Part shown: one piece after another, positions 13,560-27,690 of the stretch
Layout: every line of letters starts with the position of its first letter
Numbering within the stretch: position 1 is the first letter of the stretch
Assembly: GCF_026210795.1 (NCBI RefSeq)
Contig: NC_089435.1
Coordinates: 5,146,001-5,210,000, forward strand
Length of the DNA: 64,000 nt
Direction of reading: 5' to 3'
From: Rhizophagus irregularis
Taxonomy: Eukaryota
Notes under the pieces: generated by a model
Told to the model about the DNA's origin: nothing
The model's input: the letters and a program-made list of their open reading frames with translations, nothing else
The model's database searches: none
Position numbers and translations under genes: made by a program

Positions 13560-14610
13560 CAAAAAGAAAAAACCTATAATAAATTCTCATTAGATTTATG
13601 TATACAACCCCATGTAATTTTTATTGTAAACAATTTATAAAAACAAAAAAAATTGAAAAAAACTAGTTTTTGAAACATTCTAAAGGGAATGGAAAACCTA
13701 AAAAAAAATACTGCAAGTGCATTTCATGATTCCATACACTCAGTCAATATGTAAGACATGATACATTCTTTTCTACAAGAACTTTAGCAAAAAATTTGAA
13801 AAATACAAGTGAAAATATAATATAAAACAATTAAAAGTTATTTTTCAAATGTTGGTTATGTAAAAAAACTTCCCAAAGTAACTTTTATGTTAATTAAAAC
13901 ACACAAGCAAAGATGTGTAGAGTGGACATAAAATAATATTATGACCAATGGAAAAAAATTTTATCTGCTAATGAATCAGCTTTACAACTCTTTAGTAACA
14001 CTGTTAAATATTAGTATAACCTGTTTATTGTACGTCTGAAGATTATATAAGAAATTATAGTATAGAGCGGTTATTTGTAAAGGGAAAAGCAAGTTTATTC
14101 TTATTTCAGACAAATTATAAACATCAAAATTTATGCAGAAATTTTTTATATATATGTTTCTGAAATCTCCTGGATGTTTTGTGGTCGTTTATTAGTATTT
14201 TCAATAAGAAAACTACTTAAAGCACACAAGCAAAGATGTGTAAAGTGAATAAAAATAATATTATAACCAATGGGAAAAAAATTTTATCTGCTGATAAATT
14301 AGCCTTGCAACTCTTTAGTAACACTGTTAAATATTAGTATAACCTGTTTATTGTACATCTAAAGATTATATAAGAAATTATGATATGGGACAGTTATTTG
14401 TAAAGAGAAAAACAAGTTTATTCTGTTTCAGACAAATTATAAACATTAAAATTTATGCAGAAATTTTTTGTATATGTGCTTCTAAAGCTTCCTGAATACT
14501 TTGTGATTGTTCATTAGTATTTTTAACAAGAAAACTACCATGCATAATAGTCATTTTTCTAAGCTCAGTCTAAAAAAAAATTCATCAGAAGTTTCAGGAT
14601 AGTTATGAGA
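13560..14610 (+). pseudogene. Decayed Tc1-like transposase remnant with ~320-bp internal tandem duplication (~13900-14220 / ~14222-14540)
   Basis: Degenerate HKQR..EW....QW.KI..ADES..QLF motif with many stops. The duplicated block starts acacaagcaaagatgtgta. Confidence 0.6.
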
Positions 14611-14707
14611 TAGCCCCAATAGGACCCTGAACAATATATATATAGGTCAGATAAAAAATTCAAAATTTATTAAGGTCAATAAGCAAATATTTTTCATGTC
14701 TGTTAAG

Positions 14708-15336
14708 TAAAGCTCTAACCGGTCTAGACCTTCAGACCAAAAATTAGGATTGGTCTAGTCTGGATTAATGCTTCAACCTGGACTGAAGTATTTGGTCTGA
14801 TCTAGTCGATCCAGGATTATAAATCTGTAGGGCTGAATTAAATAGGTTAGGATCAGATCAGACTGAAAATTTGCCAAAATTATAACTGTATTCTAATTCT
14901 ATAATTCTAGCTCCATAGTGATCTTCCTGATATATGTAGTTTCGTTTTAAGCCTATGTTTGCTTTATGTAATATTAGTGCATAAAGACGCATAATTTCCT
15001 TATATAGTATATACATTATACAAAGTAAATATAGGCTTAAATTGAAGCTACACATGTCAGGTAAATCGCTACAGAGCCAGAATTATAGAATTAGAATACA
15101 GTTATAATTTTGGTAAAAATTTTAATTTTGGACACGTGATATTATAACAGCCAATCAGAATTTCAGATTTTTTATTATAAGACTGGACCAGACCAAATTA
15201 AATAACTGGTCTGGTCTGGTCCGGTCATGGATTATTTTTTTAACATAATCCAGATCAGATCAAAATGAAGCAATTTTTTTGGTCTGATGCAAGTACTTCC
15301 TCAACCAGTACCAATCGAACCATTTAGAATGCTTTA
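14708..15336. mobile_element. Decayed hAT-like MITE
   Basis: TAAAGC..GCTTTA ends with GGTCT/AGACC subterminal repeats. Flanks tgttaag/cgctaag only partly match. Confidence 0.5.
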
Positions 15337-15530
15337 CGCTAAGTTAAACTTTTATCCAACCCATAAATTTTTTACACTACTAAGCAACTTATTTTATGAT
15401 ATATATATATTTATATATATATTTTTTTATAAAATATGTATATAAAAAAAACTAAAAAAACAAAAATTTTTGAAATAATGTATGGATAAAGCTATTATTA
15501 TTTTTTTGTAATATTACAACTTATAAATAT

Positions 15531-15869
15531 GGATAAATCTAATTGTAACAGCCTGTTACGCGTCTTATTTGTAACAACTCCAATTTTATCCAATTAAAAT
15601 TTAAGATCAGGCGAAATGTAAACAAAAACAAAAAGATCAGTTGTGTAACCAAGACAAAAGAATTTTTTAAAAAATTTCAAGAAACTGCTTATAACTTGAA
15701 ATTTTGTCTATGAAACTGTCTTAAGTACATTAAGTAAAAGTTTTCCAAATTAAATTTTGCATATAAAAATTTTATTTGTAAACTACATACTAAATTTATT
15801 ATTAAAAAAAAATAAAAAAAGGATGTTACAAATAAGATATGTAACAGGCTGTTACAAATACATTTATTC
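15531..15869. mobile_element. MULE-type MITE
   Basis: ~45-bp TIRs (ggataaatctaattgtaacagcctgttac...) and a perfect 9-bp TSD tataaatat. Confidence 0.8.
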
Positions 15870-16491
15870 TATAAATATTTCTTATTAATATTTTGTTATA
15901 TCTGTTCTGTGACTTCAGAGCATAATTTAGACACTTTAATCAAAGGAAACATCTAAAACCTTCTTAAGTAAAGTTGTTCAGCAAGTTCGAATCTACTTAT
16001 ATATAATTTTTATCATGGTTGAATAGATATTTATGGATTTATTCATGTTTTTTGTAATACCACCAATACGCAGAATTTTTATTTTTAAAATCTACTGTAA
16101 AATTTGTCAAAAAAAATATTTTTTAAAAAATTTTCTAAGTAAAAATGAAATAACTTTTATTGATTATTACAAAAATTATAGTATAAATTTATAAAAAACA
16201 GAAACCCACTTATTTTTCTTACTCTCATTTTAATATATATTTTTTAAATGTTATATAGATGCATATATGATTTATAATTTTAATGTTATGTGGATGCGTA
16301 TTTATTTTATCAAAAATACATTACTTGATCACGTCTAAAAATGTTTCCTGTATTACATATACAATTAACTTAATCTTTGTATTAAAAATAGTAAATTTTT
16401 TTTACACAAACATGTTTATAACTTTGTTTACATATTTTATTAGATTTTTTTAATGTGAAAAATATAAAATATATATTATATTATATATATA

Positions 16492-16949
16492 TAGAGATGT
16501 TAACGGTCTGGTCTAGTCCATCCTGGTCCAGTTTTTTATCAGTCCATGCCTCCACGGTCTGGAATCAGACCGAAAACTGGGACTGATCAGTCTTATAGGA
16601 CCATGGTCTGGACCACGGTTTCATAAAAAAAATTTTAGTGTTAGTTTGTTACTTCGCATAATTTCTACCGGAATTAACAAAATTTCTTTTTTGGAATTTT
16701 GTGTAACTTTGTGTAATAACACACTTCAATTTTCGCAAAAAATAAAAATTTCCTTTTTTTGGAATTGTGTAACGTTAAACTGCAATAATTCAGGCTGGTA
16801 CTATGAATTTTGATTAAAAAAATTTCTTATAGGACCTTCTATAGGACTGATGGTCTTATCAGTCTAGTCCTAATGCGATCCAATCCAAAATCGGTCCTTA
16901 AGACTGGACCATGATCTGGTTAGTCCAGACTGGACCGTTAACATCCCTA
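16492..16949. mobile_element. hAT-type MITE
   Basis: TIRs TAGAGATGTTAACGGTC / GACCGTTAACATCCCTA, inserted in a (TA)n tract consistent with an 8-bp TSD tatatata. Confidence 0.8.
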
Positions 16950-17479
16950 TATATATATTAAAAAATTCTATTCTGCTACACAAATATATATCTGACTATT
17001 AATAATTTAATACTTTGCTACGTATAATTATATCTGACTATTTAAAAATTATGTTATCAAATAAGCAATAATAAATCTCATATAGGAAAAATTTTTATAT
17101 GTTGGTTAAGCAAACTCAAAACCTACCTTTATATATATTGTTTGAGGTTCTCATATAGCGAATATTTGCAATTTTATGTATTATAGACTGAGTTCTGTCA
17201 ATATTTTTTTATTTTTTAAATAAAGTATATATTACATTTTTATTATAAATCTTGAAAAATATCATGTATAATGATGTAATATAATCGTCTGACAATTCTG
17301 TATTACATTTTAATTGCATATATATTAGGCAAATGCATTATGAATCAATACAAAAAAAATCTATCATTTTTCTCCAAATGCTAAAATTAAAATACTTTTT
17401 TATTTATAAACTAACTTTACCTGTAATTGCTATTAGATGTATAAATTTTTACAAGCACAAACTTATATATATAAAAATT

Positions 17480-18110
17480 ATGTTTTCACAAGCTTTTTTA
17501 CCCACTCTATCTGCTTTAATAATGAAAGAAGTTTCTTTTCAAATAATGTCAGATAGACATAGTTAAAAAATTTAATACAGAGGTGTTTATCAATTATTTA
17601 AGAAGAAAAAACTTAAAACTTGATAAAGATGATATTAAAATTTTTTATAAAAAGAAAATTTTTGGTCTTACCTTTCTTAAGATGATGGAAAAAAAATTTT
17701 GCAGTATTGGGTTAATATTAGAACTAGCAATAACACTTGCAAAATTTATCAAAGGCCTCAGTTAGAAGTTATGAAATTATTTCTTCAGTTGCTTAAAACT
17801 TTTAATGACTTGAAAGAAATGTTACGTAAAAATAAAATCAATAAAAAAAATATAATGAATATCAAGCGGTTTACTTTTGGTAGGTAATTAATTAATTTTA
17901 AAACCAACTAAATAGTTATATTAACTTTATTTTTCTCTGTAGTTTTCAAAGAGATTAGTGATGATGATAAAGTATTCGAATACTGTATAGAAAACATTAT
18001 CTTAAAAGTAATTGGTATTATTGTTGGATTGTTGAAGGATTGTATTAGTGTAGATAGTTAAGATGGCTAGAATCAAAAAAATTATCAAAAAATAATATGT
18101 AATACAGGTT
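17480..18110 (+). pseudogene. Decayed SAM-like-domain gene
   Basis: KKFNTEVFINYLRRKNLKLDKDDIKIFYKKKIFGLTFLK..EKKFCSIGL resembles a SAM-like domain. Broken by stops and frameshifts, with an intron remnant at ~17880-17942. Confidence 0.55.
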
Positions 18111-18756
18111 ACATTCTGATTTTGTATTTATTTTTACGTATATTAAAAAATTTACACAATGACACTAATCATGACAAAATGTTACAGTTTTCATAACTAC
18201 TAGTATCATGAATGAATATATTTCCAAAGAATACAAGAAGGTATGTAAATAGATTCTAAAATAATGCTAATTGGCTTTATAGATCAAAGTGAACATATCA
18301 CCATTATTTAATTCTTTTAATATTATTTTGTGGATGCAGTTCTAATTATTTGGCACAGTATATCAGTATTATATCTGAATTCTATTAAAGAATATTTATG
18401 ATAGAATATAAGGCAGAATATTATAAAAGTAAAAGATTTTTTTACTTAATTTTTCTTAGAATATTTAAATGGAAATAGGTTAAAAATAATGGCATATAGG
18501 AATGAAATTTTGGTGTTGAAATTAGTTAGAAATTATTAAATAGACACATAGATACTTAAAAAAAAAATATTTGATAATACATCCATTTTATTGTTTAATA
18601 TATCTACAAATTTTCACTTTGATTTTAAACATATGAATAATATATTTGAAAAAATGAAAATGTAAAATGTAAGAATTAATATTTTGTTATTTTTTAAAAC
18701 CATTTTTCATCCTCAGAAATTTCAATATCACTACATTGCCAATCAACTTGAGATCC

Positions 18757-21388
18757 CTATTCTTGTTTTAAAACTGTAACCCAATGTTGACAATCATTAG
18801 AAATCAATGAATCTGCATTATTTTCATCAATAATCAATCTTGGTATCTTGTGTATTCTTTTTAATGCATCAGGTGTTTTTTGATAATCTCTTTTTCTTTT
18901 AAAATTAAAATTACAAGGATAGGCAACAATCATCTGTATATTGCGATTACTCCATTTTTGTTGTTTGTAAATTTCACACAACTTATAATGAAACTGAGAA
19001 GAATTGGAATTTAAGTCTTTGTCTGTAAACATTGTATCCAGATTAACAGTTTTACATGCCTTCTTTAGCTCAACATTATTTCTTAACTTGACCTGAGTAT
19101 TTAAAATATAAGCTTCTCTTTTTTCTCCTTTTGGAAAGAAAAAAGCCATTGAGATATCAGAATCTACTGTATTTGGTGGATAACATATTGGGCTAACAAT
19201 GACTGTTATCAGGAAATAGTTTTTTGTGTGAAGATAAAGGTATTTTACTTTTAAAAATAATGTCATCCAAAAAATTTGTAACACATTTCTCCCAAATAAA
19301 TCCTGGCATGCTTGCATTAAAATTGACTTGTGACATTACATTAAACCACATGTTGTCTATTTTAGTATTTATAAAATAGTTGAATCCTGCTTGAATTGCA
19401 AGAGGTTCATCAATGATTCCAGTTAATTCTTGAGTTTTAAGGTGGGCAAAGCCAATAGACATAATATCTATTTCCTTAGTATTTTTATACAAAAATCGCC
19501 TTCCTGTCATTGCATAATAAATAATCGCTCTTTTTATAAGTTCCAATATAGACTCATGATCAATATAGGAATGTTGCTCATTAGGATGATGTACAAGTCT
19601 TACAAGTCCAGAATAAAGACTAAATCTTGGATTTTGTGGATCTTTATAATCAGTTGTAAGATGATCTTTTAGCATTTCTAGTTGTTTTTGGGGATCATAA
19701 GAATTAAGAAGGTAATGTATCCATGTCCAAGTAAAACGATATCGACCCTGTTTAGAAACTATATTGTAAGAATTGGGATTGAATTCAATAAATCATCATA
19801 ACAATAGCATACCTTTAGCCATTTAATTGCCATTGATGCATATTTATCTTCAAGGGGAAATATATTCCTTGCCAGTTCAAGTATTTCCTCTGAAGTTTGA
19901 ATTTGGCCAAAATTTTTAAAGATTGGAATACTATAAATCAATTTGGAAAGATTAATTAAATTATTCCAAAAAGCATTTGAATTGAAAATTTTAACTTACG
20001 CTGTTTCTGTCTTTGCCACTTTAGATAATTTAAGATCCTTTGCTTCCATTAGTGATAAGCCAGATCCAGTTATACAAACAATTGCTTTTGGAAATGTTAA
20101 GGATAAATCTGAAAAGATCTTCGTGATTATGGTAAATAATGGCTTCTTCTTATTTTTATCATTATAACATAGGAATGTGTTTGATAAGTATGAGGTGTGA
20201 TATTGGGCCTCATCATAGATAATTGGAAAGATGTTTTTAATTTTATTATCAATACTTCTTATAATATTAAGGCGATATCCTTTAAGGGCTTCCTCATCCT
20301 CTATGTCACGAAATTTTACAGGTAATAGATTGATAAGTTGATGACTTAGTTGGAAGATTAACCAAGATTTGGGTTCCATCTCACATTTAAGTTTTTCAGC
20401 CATCTCAAAGAGATGATTAAGCAATACCAGACGTGCAGTGATACAACTCTATACTGCCCGCTCTGCAAGTTTTTTCGCCTTATCAGGTTCTTTTCCATGA
20501 ATCTCATTCTTTGTCCAAACTGATGCATCTTCAAAGTCTTTGGCTCCAAAACTTAATGGTACAGCAACAAAATACAGGCCATAGTTGCGACATAAAAGTT
20601 CCAAACATAGGCGAGTTTTGCCACAACCAGAAGTCCCCATAACAATTGTCATGCTACTAGATACAATATTACGCTCCAAGTCTTTTTCTAAACGTACACA
20701 ATTAGTGAGGTAATCTTTATTCTTTCTAGGGAGATTATACAGAAGCAAGTTAGGATTACCACCGAGCATTGGAATTTTTTTCTTATCAATTTCGCTTTTG
20801 TAAGGATGATCATACGGGGCTTCGAAATACTTATAAGGATCATATTTGTTTGTCACAACCTTTTCTAGGTCCTGAGAATGAATTTTAAATAGATCTTGAA
20901 CTTCTTTTTCTATTTGAGCTAAGGAGGTCGTTCGTGTGGAAGGCACTGCATGTTAGAAATAAATTTTAAAAAAGAATATGAGATAACGCGAATTTCTTGT
21001 TCGAGAGGTAAACCATTGGGAGACACTTACCAGTAGTGGCGGGAGGTGGCGGTTGTACGATGATACGGATGTTCTTGGAGTCATACCTAAAGATGTCGCC
21101 AATATCATCAACTGGAGACAACTTTTCACCTCCGAGTTCTTGTATAATATTTTCTTCATCCATATCACGGGATCTGTTTTGAAGTGTTCTCAGTTGAACG
21201 TTCTCTGTATCGTAAGGAATATCCACCAACCATAGGTTCAACTTGTTGGCATCAAATTTTTTGTCTTTGAAATCGTTCTTATTCTTCTCATAGATCATAT
21301 CTTTGAGCTCCGCAACAGTCATTTTTATCTGGCCGCCAACTCTAAAGACGCTATCAAGATCGGTACCTACCACAAAACAAAATATCAT
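18757..21388 (-). pseudogene. Crinkler (CRN)-family gene: CRN N-terminal domain + P-loop NTPase + probable restriction-endonuclease-fold C-terminus, disrupted
   Basis: MIFCFVVG...TVAELKDMIYE...LNLWLVDIP...IRIIVQPP, Walker A GTSGCGKT, Walker B IIYDEAQ, GRYRF, and C-terminal DSDI...QVKL. Introns at 20946-21030, 19931-19999 and 19748-19812. In-frame TAG at 20449-20451 and a frameshift near 19205. Confidence 0.8.
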
Positions 21389-22080
21389 GATTTCGCTGAA
21401 ATATCTGCAAACGCGAAAATCGAGGGTTAAAAACAAGAGTCAAAAAATCAACTTTTCAGTAAAATGTCAAATAAAGACCTTTTTTATACGATCTTCAGTT
21501 TGTACTGATGAACCGTTTGATTGATTCATATTGTATTGATATGTAACTGTTTGTACTACTGTACTAACATCAATTAATAAAAAATGACTGATAAATTAAT
21601 ATTACAATTATAATTTATTATTAAAAGACATTAAAAATCAATAGATGACTAATATTCATAATCTTTTTAAATACATTTGAAACTTCTAACTATTAAGATT
21701 TTTAAATTTGCTTAAAATTTTTAAGTTCAAGGTTTTAAAATTTAATTATAATATACAATATGAATCATGAAGCTCTTAAAGAATAATTTGCAATATGATA
21801 TAATAAAAAATATGATGGTGATGATGGGTGACAAGTGACGAAATGTTCTAGATACCTCGAAAAATTTTAGTTATAATGGTTATGATCTTGGTGAAACACA
21901 CAGGTGGGTTCAGTTCTCGCTGAATCGGTTATCTTCGTTAATTACGCAATTACGACAGAGCCTTACTATAAATAATACTGATCGAAAAAACTTATCGTAT
22001 AAAATTCTACGTTGTCTGAATTTTCGTGCGCAGATCTGGTAATAACTAATATGGACTTTGCACATTTGCACAGTTATGTT

Positions 22081-22352
22081 GGCCGGAATTTTGTTTTAAC
22101 CCCCCGTTTTTGTCCCTTCAAATTTTTTTCTTTTTTTATAATTTGTATCGCGAATTCGCGATTCACGATTATATATAACTCTACTTATACTAAATGCCCC
22201 TGTTATATAACTCTACTTATACTAAATGCCCCTGTTATATAACTCTACTTATACTAAATGCCCCTGTAACATAACAATTATAATACTATTACGCTGGCCT
22301 GAATTTAGGAGTTATGCACTTGCATGTGATAGCGTTAACGTTAATTCCGGCC
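22081..22352. repeat. Short inverted-repeat element with three ~32-bp tandem repeats (22170-22266)
   Basis: GGCCGGAATT..AATTCCGGCC ends and repeat unit ttatataactctacttatactaaatgcccctg. TSD not convincing. Confidence 0.55.
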
Positions 22353-22439
22353 AGTTTGTACGTTAGTGCATTTCCAACAAAAAAAAGCTTTAAAAAAAAA
22401 ACCCTTTATTTTTTTACACCGTGTTTCCATTTCAGCTAG

Positions 22440-23153
22440 CCTTTTTCTTCCGCTATGTGTGCTCAGGTTTTTCTTTGTATAATATATCTGTTATTGTTCC
22501 CATGGCACCATTTACAAGGCCAGTGGCAACCCAAAGATTTGCAGTGAGCATAATACGAGTGTTTCTGGCTAATAATATTTCAGAATCAAGACCTTTTGCT
22601 GTATCTTATTCAGCCTTCCAAGCTTCAGAGCCACCCGTATGAACTGCTCCAATCTTAGCGACAGGTTGGTTTAATGACCGAAGTTTGTCAGCATTAATTC
22701 TATCAACTTCTTCCCATGTTGTAAGAATATTGATGGAATTTGAAAATTTTTTTCTCTCTGACTCTGGCAGTTTTTCTGGGATTCGCGTCATTAACAATTC
22801 CCAATCATCTAGTGCTCCATTACGCTAGCAAGAAAGTGACGACCTACCATACTCATTTCATCGATGATAAGATATTTAATATCCTTTATTCTATTTTGTA
22901 ATTTTTTCAGAGATTCACCTTCAAGCTTATAATCTGTGCCGCATAATATTGGAACGGAAAGCGCCGAATGTATAATACTACCTTGAATATTAAAGGCTGC
23001 GACGCCTGTTGGAGCAAGTACAATGCTATTTTCTTGCAACCTTTCCCGAATGATGTTTATTAGGTAAGATTTACCGGTTCCAGCAGTACCCATAATAATA
23101 ATTCGCAAAAGTTCTACATTTTCAATCAATGTAATGTTCTTCGATTCTTTCAA
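22440..23153 (-). pseudogene. PIF1-family helicase fragment (probably a Helitron relic)
   Basis: GTAGTGKS, LAPTGVAAFNIQGSIIHSAL, IIDEMSMVG, then an internal deletion, then MLTANLWVATGLVNGAMGT. Contains stops and is truncated at both ends. Confidence 0.8.
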
Positions 23154-24274
23154 ATATTATCTTAATTTAAACTCTATATTAGAAAATTATAATTAAAGAT
23201 AAAGGAAAATAACAGATATTTTTGATGTAATTTTTAATGTAATTCAAATACTAATAAAAATATTATTTAGTTATTATAAATGAAATTTATTAATTAAAAT
23301 GTGATGTTATATAATCAGATAATTTTCATCTGAGGTGAATATTAAAATTATTCTAAAATAAAATTAGAGAAAAAGAATCAATTATATTTCTTATCCACTA
23401 ATTACTTGACTATTTTTCCAGTAAAAATTGCCGAAAAAAAAGGCTTAGGCCTATTACTAATAAATGTCATTATAAAAAATTTTAACTTTTATATGAAATT
23501 TTACCTTAGAAATTGTTTAAATTCTATTGGCTAATTAACTAAAAAAAAATCATAATAATGTAACATAAAATTTTAACAAATTTATATATAAACTTTACCT
23601 TAGATTTAGGGATGACTTATCTTAGAAGTAGATGAAGCCTATTTAAACTTTTAACTGTAAAGTACTTTTAGTATTTATTAATGACTTCAAAATGATTCTT
23701 TTAAAACTTGAACAAATTTTAAACTCTTAATTTTGGTGGAGTTCTTTAACTTAGAGTGGTTTTTACCAAAGATTTTATTTCTATAAAATTTTTCTTTTAC
23801 TAAGTTTCTGAAAGTTGTAACAATTACACATAGAAAGGTTGAACTTTAAACTTTATACTAATATGAAGTTTCTGTTATTTTCTTTATTTTTGAAAATTAC
23901 ACAAATTTTTCTATGAAATACAAAGATAAGTACTTAGAAAGTAGACTCCATTTTATTATCAATTATCATTTGAAGAACTGTAATAATAGACAGAAATTTA
24001 ATATTTTTTATAGAAATTTTTATTATAAATAAGCAGGATTATTTTACTAACATAGTCTTAAAATTCTAATCAATTTACTTTAATCATATGGGCTGATTTG
24101 TCTATTTTTAATTAAAATATTGATTTTGTTGCATTTTTATTATACAAAATACTATATAATATACAGTAAATTGGGGGTGAGTATTAAAAAACTTTTATTT
24201 AATGTTATTATACTTTAAATTGGTAAATATTTCTTTTAAATTAATATAATTCTTAGCACTTACTATATATATTA

Positions 24275-24590
24275 AAAATTTGTATCTCAACTTTAAACGT
24301 AAATATCTCCAGATCTAATGATCCAATCGGCATGCTCTTTTTTTGCTCATATAGACCAGATCAAGAGCTTTCCGAAGAGCCTAAATTTATAAAAAACGGA
24401 TCAGTGAATCCCAAGATATTTGCATTTAAGCATGTTAAAAAGTTTGTACCTCAACTTTAAATGTAAATATCTCTGGATCTAATGATTCAATTGGCGAGCT
24501 CTTTTTTCGCCTATAAAGTCCAGAACAAGGGCTTTCCAACGAGCCTAAAATTATAAAAAACGGATCAGTGAATCTTGATATATTTGCGTC
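24275..24590. repeat. Two tandem ~165-bp copies of an imperfect hairpin module
   Basis: aaatatctc..atctaatgat.caat.ggc...gagcctaaa.ttataaaaaacggatcagtgaatc...gatat occurs at ~24300 and ~24465. Confidence 0.7.
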
Positions 24591-24690
24591 TGAAGATGGT
24601 AATACAAATTCTGACATAAAATAATTATTTTTATTGTTTGAAAATATCTATTATGATACCGACCATCTTTTATATGATATTTTTATTATA

Positions 24691-25254
24691 TGGTGCCGGA
24701 AGTTTATACTCGACAATCACGTGATTTTGTTTCAATTTTCTGAGCCGATTCTATATCATGTGATCTGGAATTCAGCCAATAAAAAACCAGAATTTCTTGT
24801 GTAAAATACTAATAAAATGCGGTTTTTGAAAATTTATTTATTACAAACAAGATAAAATATAAGAAAAAGTAGATTTCAGTAGTAAATTGCAACTACCATT
24901 TCATAAAAGTTATATATTGATAAAAAAATTTTTTTTTTAAAAAATTACATTTGATTCATATTATGATAATTCAGGCTGGCATTATCACAATGCATGGAAT
25001 CGGCCCAAATTATCGTAAGTTCTGGCCAACATATTTTGTTTCAAATTTGGGCTGATCATATGAAAATCATGCAATTTCAAATGCTTATAACTTTTTACGT
25101 AGATCTTTTTTTAAAAATGTGACCGATAATTTGATAGAGCTTACCTCAAAGAATAAAATTACCAGTTTATTTTTTTAAAATTGCATTTTTTTTAAGGAGT
25201 TGAAAGATTTTTAAGTGTCACATTTTTATTGTCAAGTATAGACTTCCGGCACCA
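24691..25254. mobile_element. Tc1/mariner-type MITE
   Basis: TIRs TGGTGCCGGAAGTTTATACTCGACAAT / ATTGTCAAGTATAGACTTCCGGCACCA with TA on both sides. Confidence 0.8.
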
Positions 25255-25572
25255 TACTTTTATAAACATTTATAGCTACTAAGACTATATAAATTTTTAT
25301 TTTACTTTATATTTTATTAAAATATACTTACTTTTTAATAATATATGTTAAAAATTCCATATATATGAGAAATGGGTTTTTTATTAGTGAAATGGGTTTT
25401 TTCACACCTCTTTTACATTTAATAATTTAAGTTTTGCAAATGTAAATTTTTGTTCAACTTATTATTAGGGCTCTGATTGGTTCAGTTCAGTACAGTTTTT
25501 GCCAAAACTGAAACTGAACCAAATTGATCGGTATCAGTATTGTTAATTACCGAAACTGATCAGTTTCAGTAA

Positions 25573-26263
25573 TCCTATAAAAAGTATTATACTTAAAATA
25601 TATTTAAAATATATTTAAAATATACTTAATTTAAAAATCGCAAAATACTTAAAATATATTTTTAATATATCTAAAATATACTTAAAATTATCTTAAAACA
25701 TATGTCTAATATATTTAATTTTTGCCCATATACTTAAAATATATTTAAATTATATTTAAATTAAAATTTAAGTATATTATAAGACTATTATAAGTATATT
25801 TTTTATGTATTTAAAATATACTTAAAATATATTATAAAATATATTATAAGTATATTTTAAGTATGTAAAAAATATATCTATAATATATTTAAATTTTGAT
25901 TTAAGTATAATTTAAGTATAGAGTAAATTTATTCATCGCACGTGCGATGCATCGCCACTTTCCTTTTTTGTAAATTATTTATGTTGATCAACCTGCTTAT
26001 ACATCGCCACCCCCCTTAAAATGGCAATGATAAACATAAAAATTTGCATCGCACGTGCGATAAATAAATTATTTCTTAAGTATAATTTAAGTATTTTGGC
26101 AAAAATTAAATATATTAGAAATATATTTTAAAATAATTTTAAATACATTTTAAGTATATTATAAGTATTTTGCAATTTTTAAATTAAATATATTTTAAGT
26201 ATAATTTAAATATATTTTAAAAAGTTTTTAATTATATTTTAAATATAAATACTTTTTATAGGG
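25573..26263. mobile_element. AT-rich fold-back element (probably CMC-type)
   Basis: Ends (T)CCTATAAAAAGTATT / AATACTTTTTATAGGG with 3-bp TSD taa. Arms are made of ATATACTTAA repeats. Confidence 0.7.
25921..26075. mobile_element. 155-bp MULE-type MITE
   Basis: TIRs containing atcgcacgtgcgatgc and a 9-bp TSD ttaagtata. Confidence 0.8.
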
Positions 26264-26339
26264 TAATCATTAATACCGAAACTGACTGGTAAATACCAAA
26301 AACTGAACTGATTTACTGATTCATTATCAGTTCAGTTTT

Positions 26340-27690
26340 TAACATTTTTACAACGTTTTTTATTAAAAAAACGTGCGAAAACATTTTTTTAAATTAAATT
26401 AACTAATAAAAACGTTTCACAACGTTTTTATTAAATTATTAAAAAAAAATGTTGTGAAATGTTTTTTTAATTAAATTAACCAATAAAAAATGTTTCGCAA
26501 CATTTTCTATTAAATTATTGAAAAAAAACATTGCAAAACGTTTTTTTTAATTAAATTAACAAATAAAAATGATTCACAATGTTTTTATTAAATTATCAAA
26601 AAAATGTTGTGAAACGTTTTTTTTAATTAAATTAACTAATAAAAAATGTTTCGCAACATTTCTATTAAGTTATTAAAAAAAGAAATAATGTATTTACCGC
26701 ACCCTGCGTTACAAATTTATATATATTTTTATGTTTATCATTTGCCATTTTAGGGGGGGTGCGGCGTATAAACTAAAGATTGACATAAATAATTTACAAA
26801 AAAGGAAGGATGCTTTGTAACGCAGGGTGCGGTAAATAAATTCACTCTTAAAAAAAAATGTAGCAAAACGTTTTTTTTTAAATAAATTAACAAATAAAAA
26901 TGTTTGGCAATGTTTTTATTAAATTATCAAAAAAATGTTACAAACCGTTTTTTTTAATTAATTAACTAATAAAAAATGTTTTGCGACGTTTTCTATTAAG
27001 TTATTGAAAAAAATGTTGTGAAACATTTTTTTTTAATTAAATTAACAAATAAAAACGTTTCGCAACATTTTTATTAAATTATCAAAAAAAAATGTTGCGA
27101 AACGTTTTTTTTTAAATAAATTAACCAATAAAAACGTTTTGTAATATTTTTATTAAATTATTATCAAAAAAACGTTGCGAAATTTTTTTTTTTAAAATAA
27201 ATTAATTAATAACAACATTTTGTAACGTTTTTATTAAATTATCAAAAAAAAACGTTGCGAACTATTTTTTTTTAATTAATTAACCAATAAAAAATGTTTC
27301 GCAACATTTTCTATTAAGTTATTGGAAAAAAACGTTGTGAAACATTTTTTTTTTTAAATAAATTAGTTAATAAAAACGTTTTGCAACGTTTTTATTAAAT
27401 TATCAAAAAAAATGTTGCAAAACGTTTTTTTTCAAAATAAATTAATTAATAAAAATGTCATTTTTTTTTAATTAAATTAACTAATAAAAAACATTTTGCA
27501 ACGTTTTCTATTAAGTTATGAAAAAAAATGTTGCGAAACATTTTTTTTTAAATAAATTAACAAATAAAAACATTTCGCAATATTTTTATTAAATTATCAA
27601 AAAAAAAACGTTGCGAAATGTTTTTTTTAAATAAATTAACCAATAAAAACATTTCACAACGTTTTTATTAAATTGTTAAAAAAAATGGTT
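26340..27690. repeat. Minisatellite, ~78-bp unit of two ~39-bp subunits
   Basis: Repeated aaacgttgcgaaacgtttttttaattaaattaactaataaaaacgtttcgcaacgtttttattaaattatc with CpG decay. Confidence 0.85.
26682..26847. mobile_element. 166-bp MULE-type MITE, relative of 25921-26075 in opposite orientation
   Basis: TIRs containing accgcaccctgcgttaca, TSD ttaaaaaaa, and a shared gccattttagggggg core. Confidence 0.75.

Larger units (their letters stand above)
14621..17151. mobile_element. Decayed AGGACCC-ended element (same family as 62431-63947) hosting nested MITEs
   Basis: The ends aggaccctgaacaatatatatataggtcag and cctttatatatattgtttgaggttct resemble the ends of 62431-63947. No TSD is recognisable. 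Confidence 0.55.
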
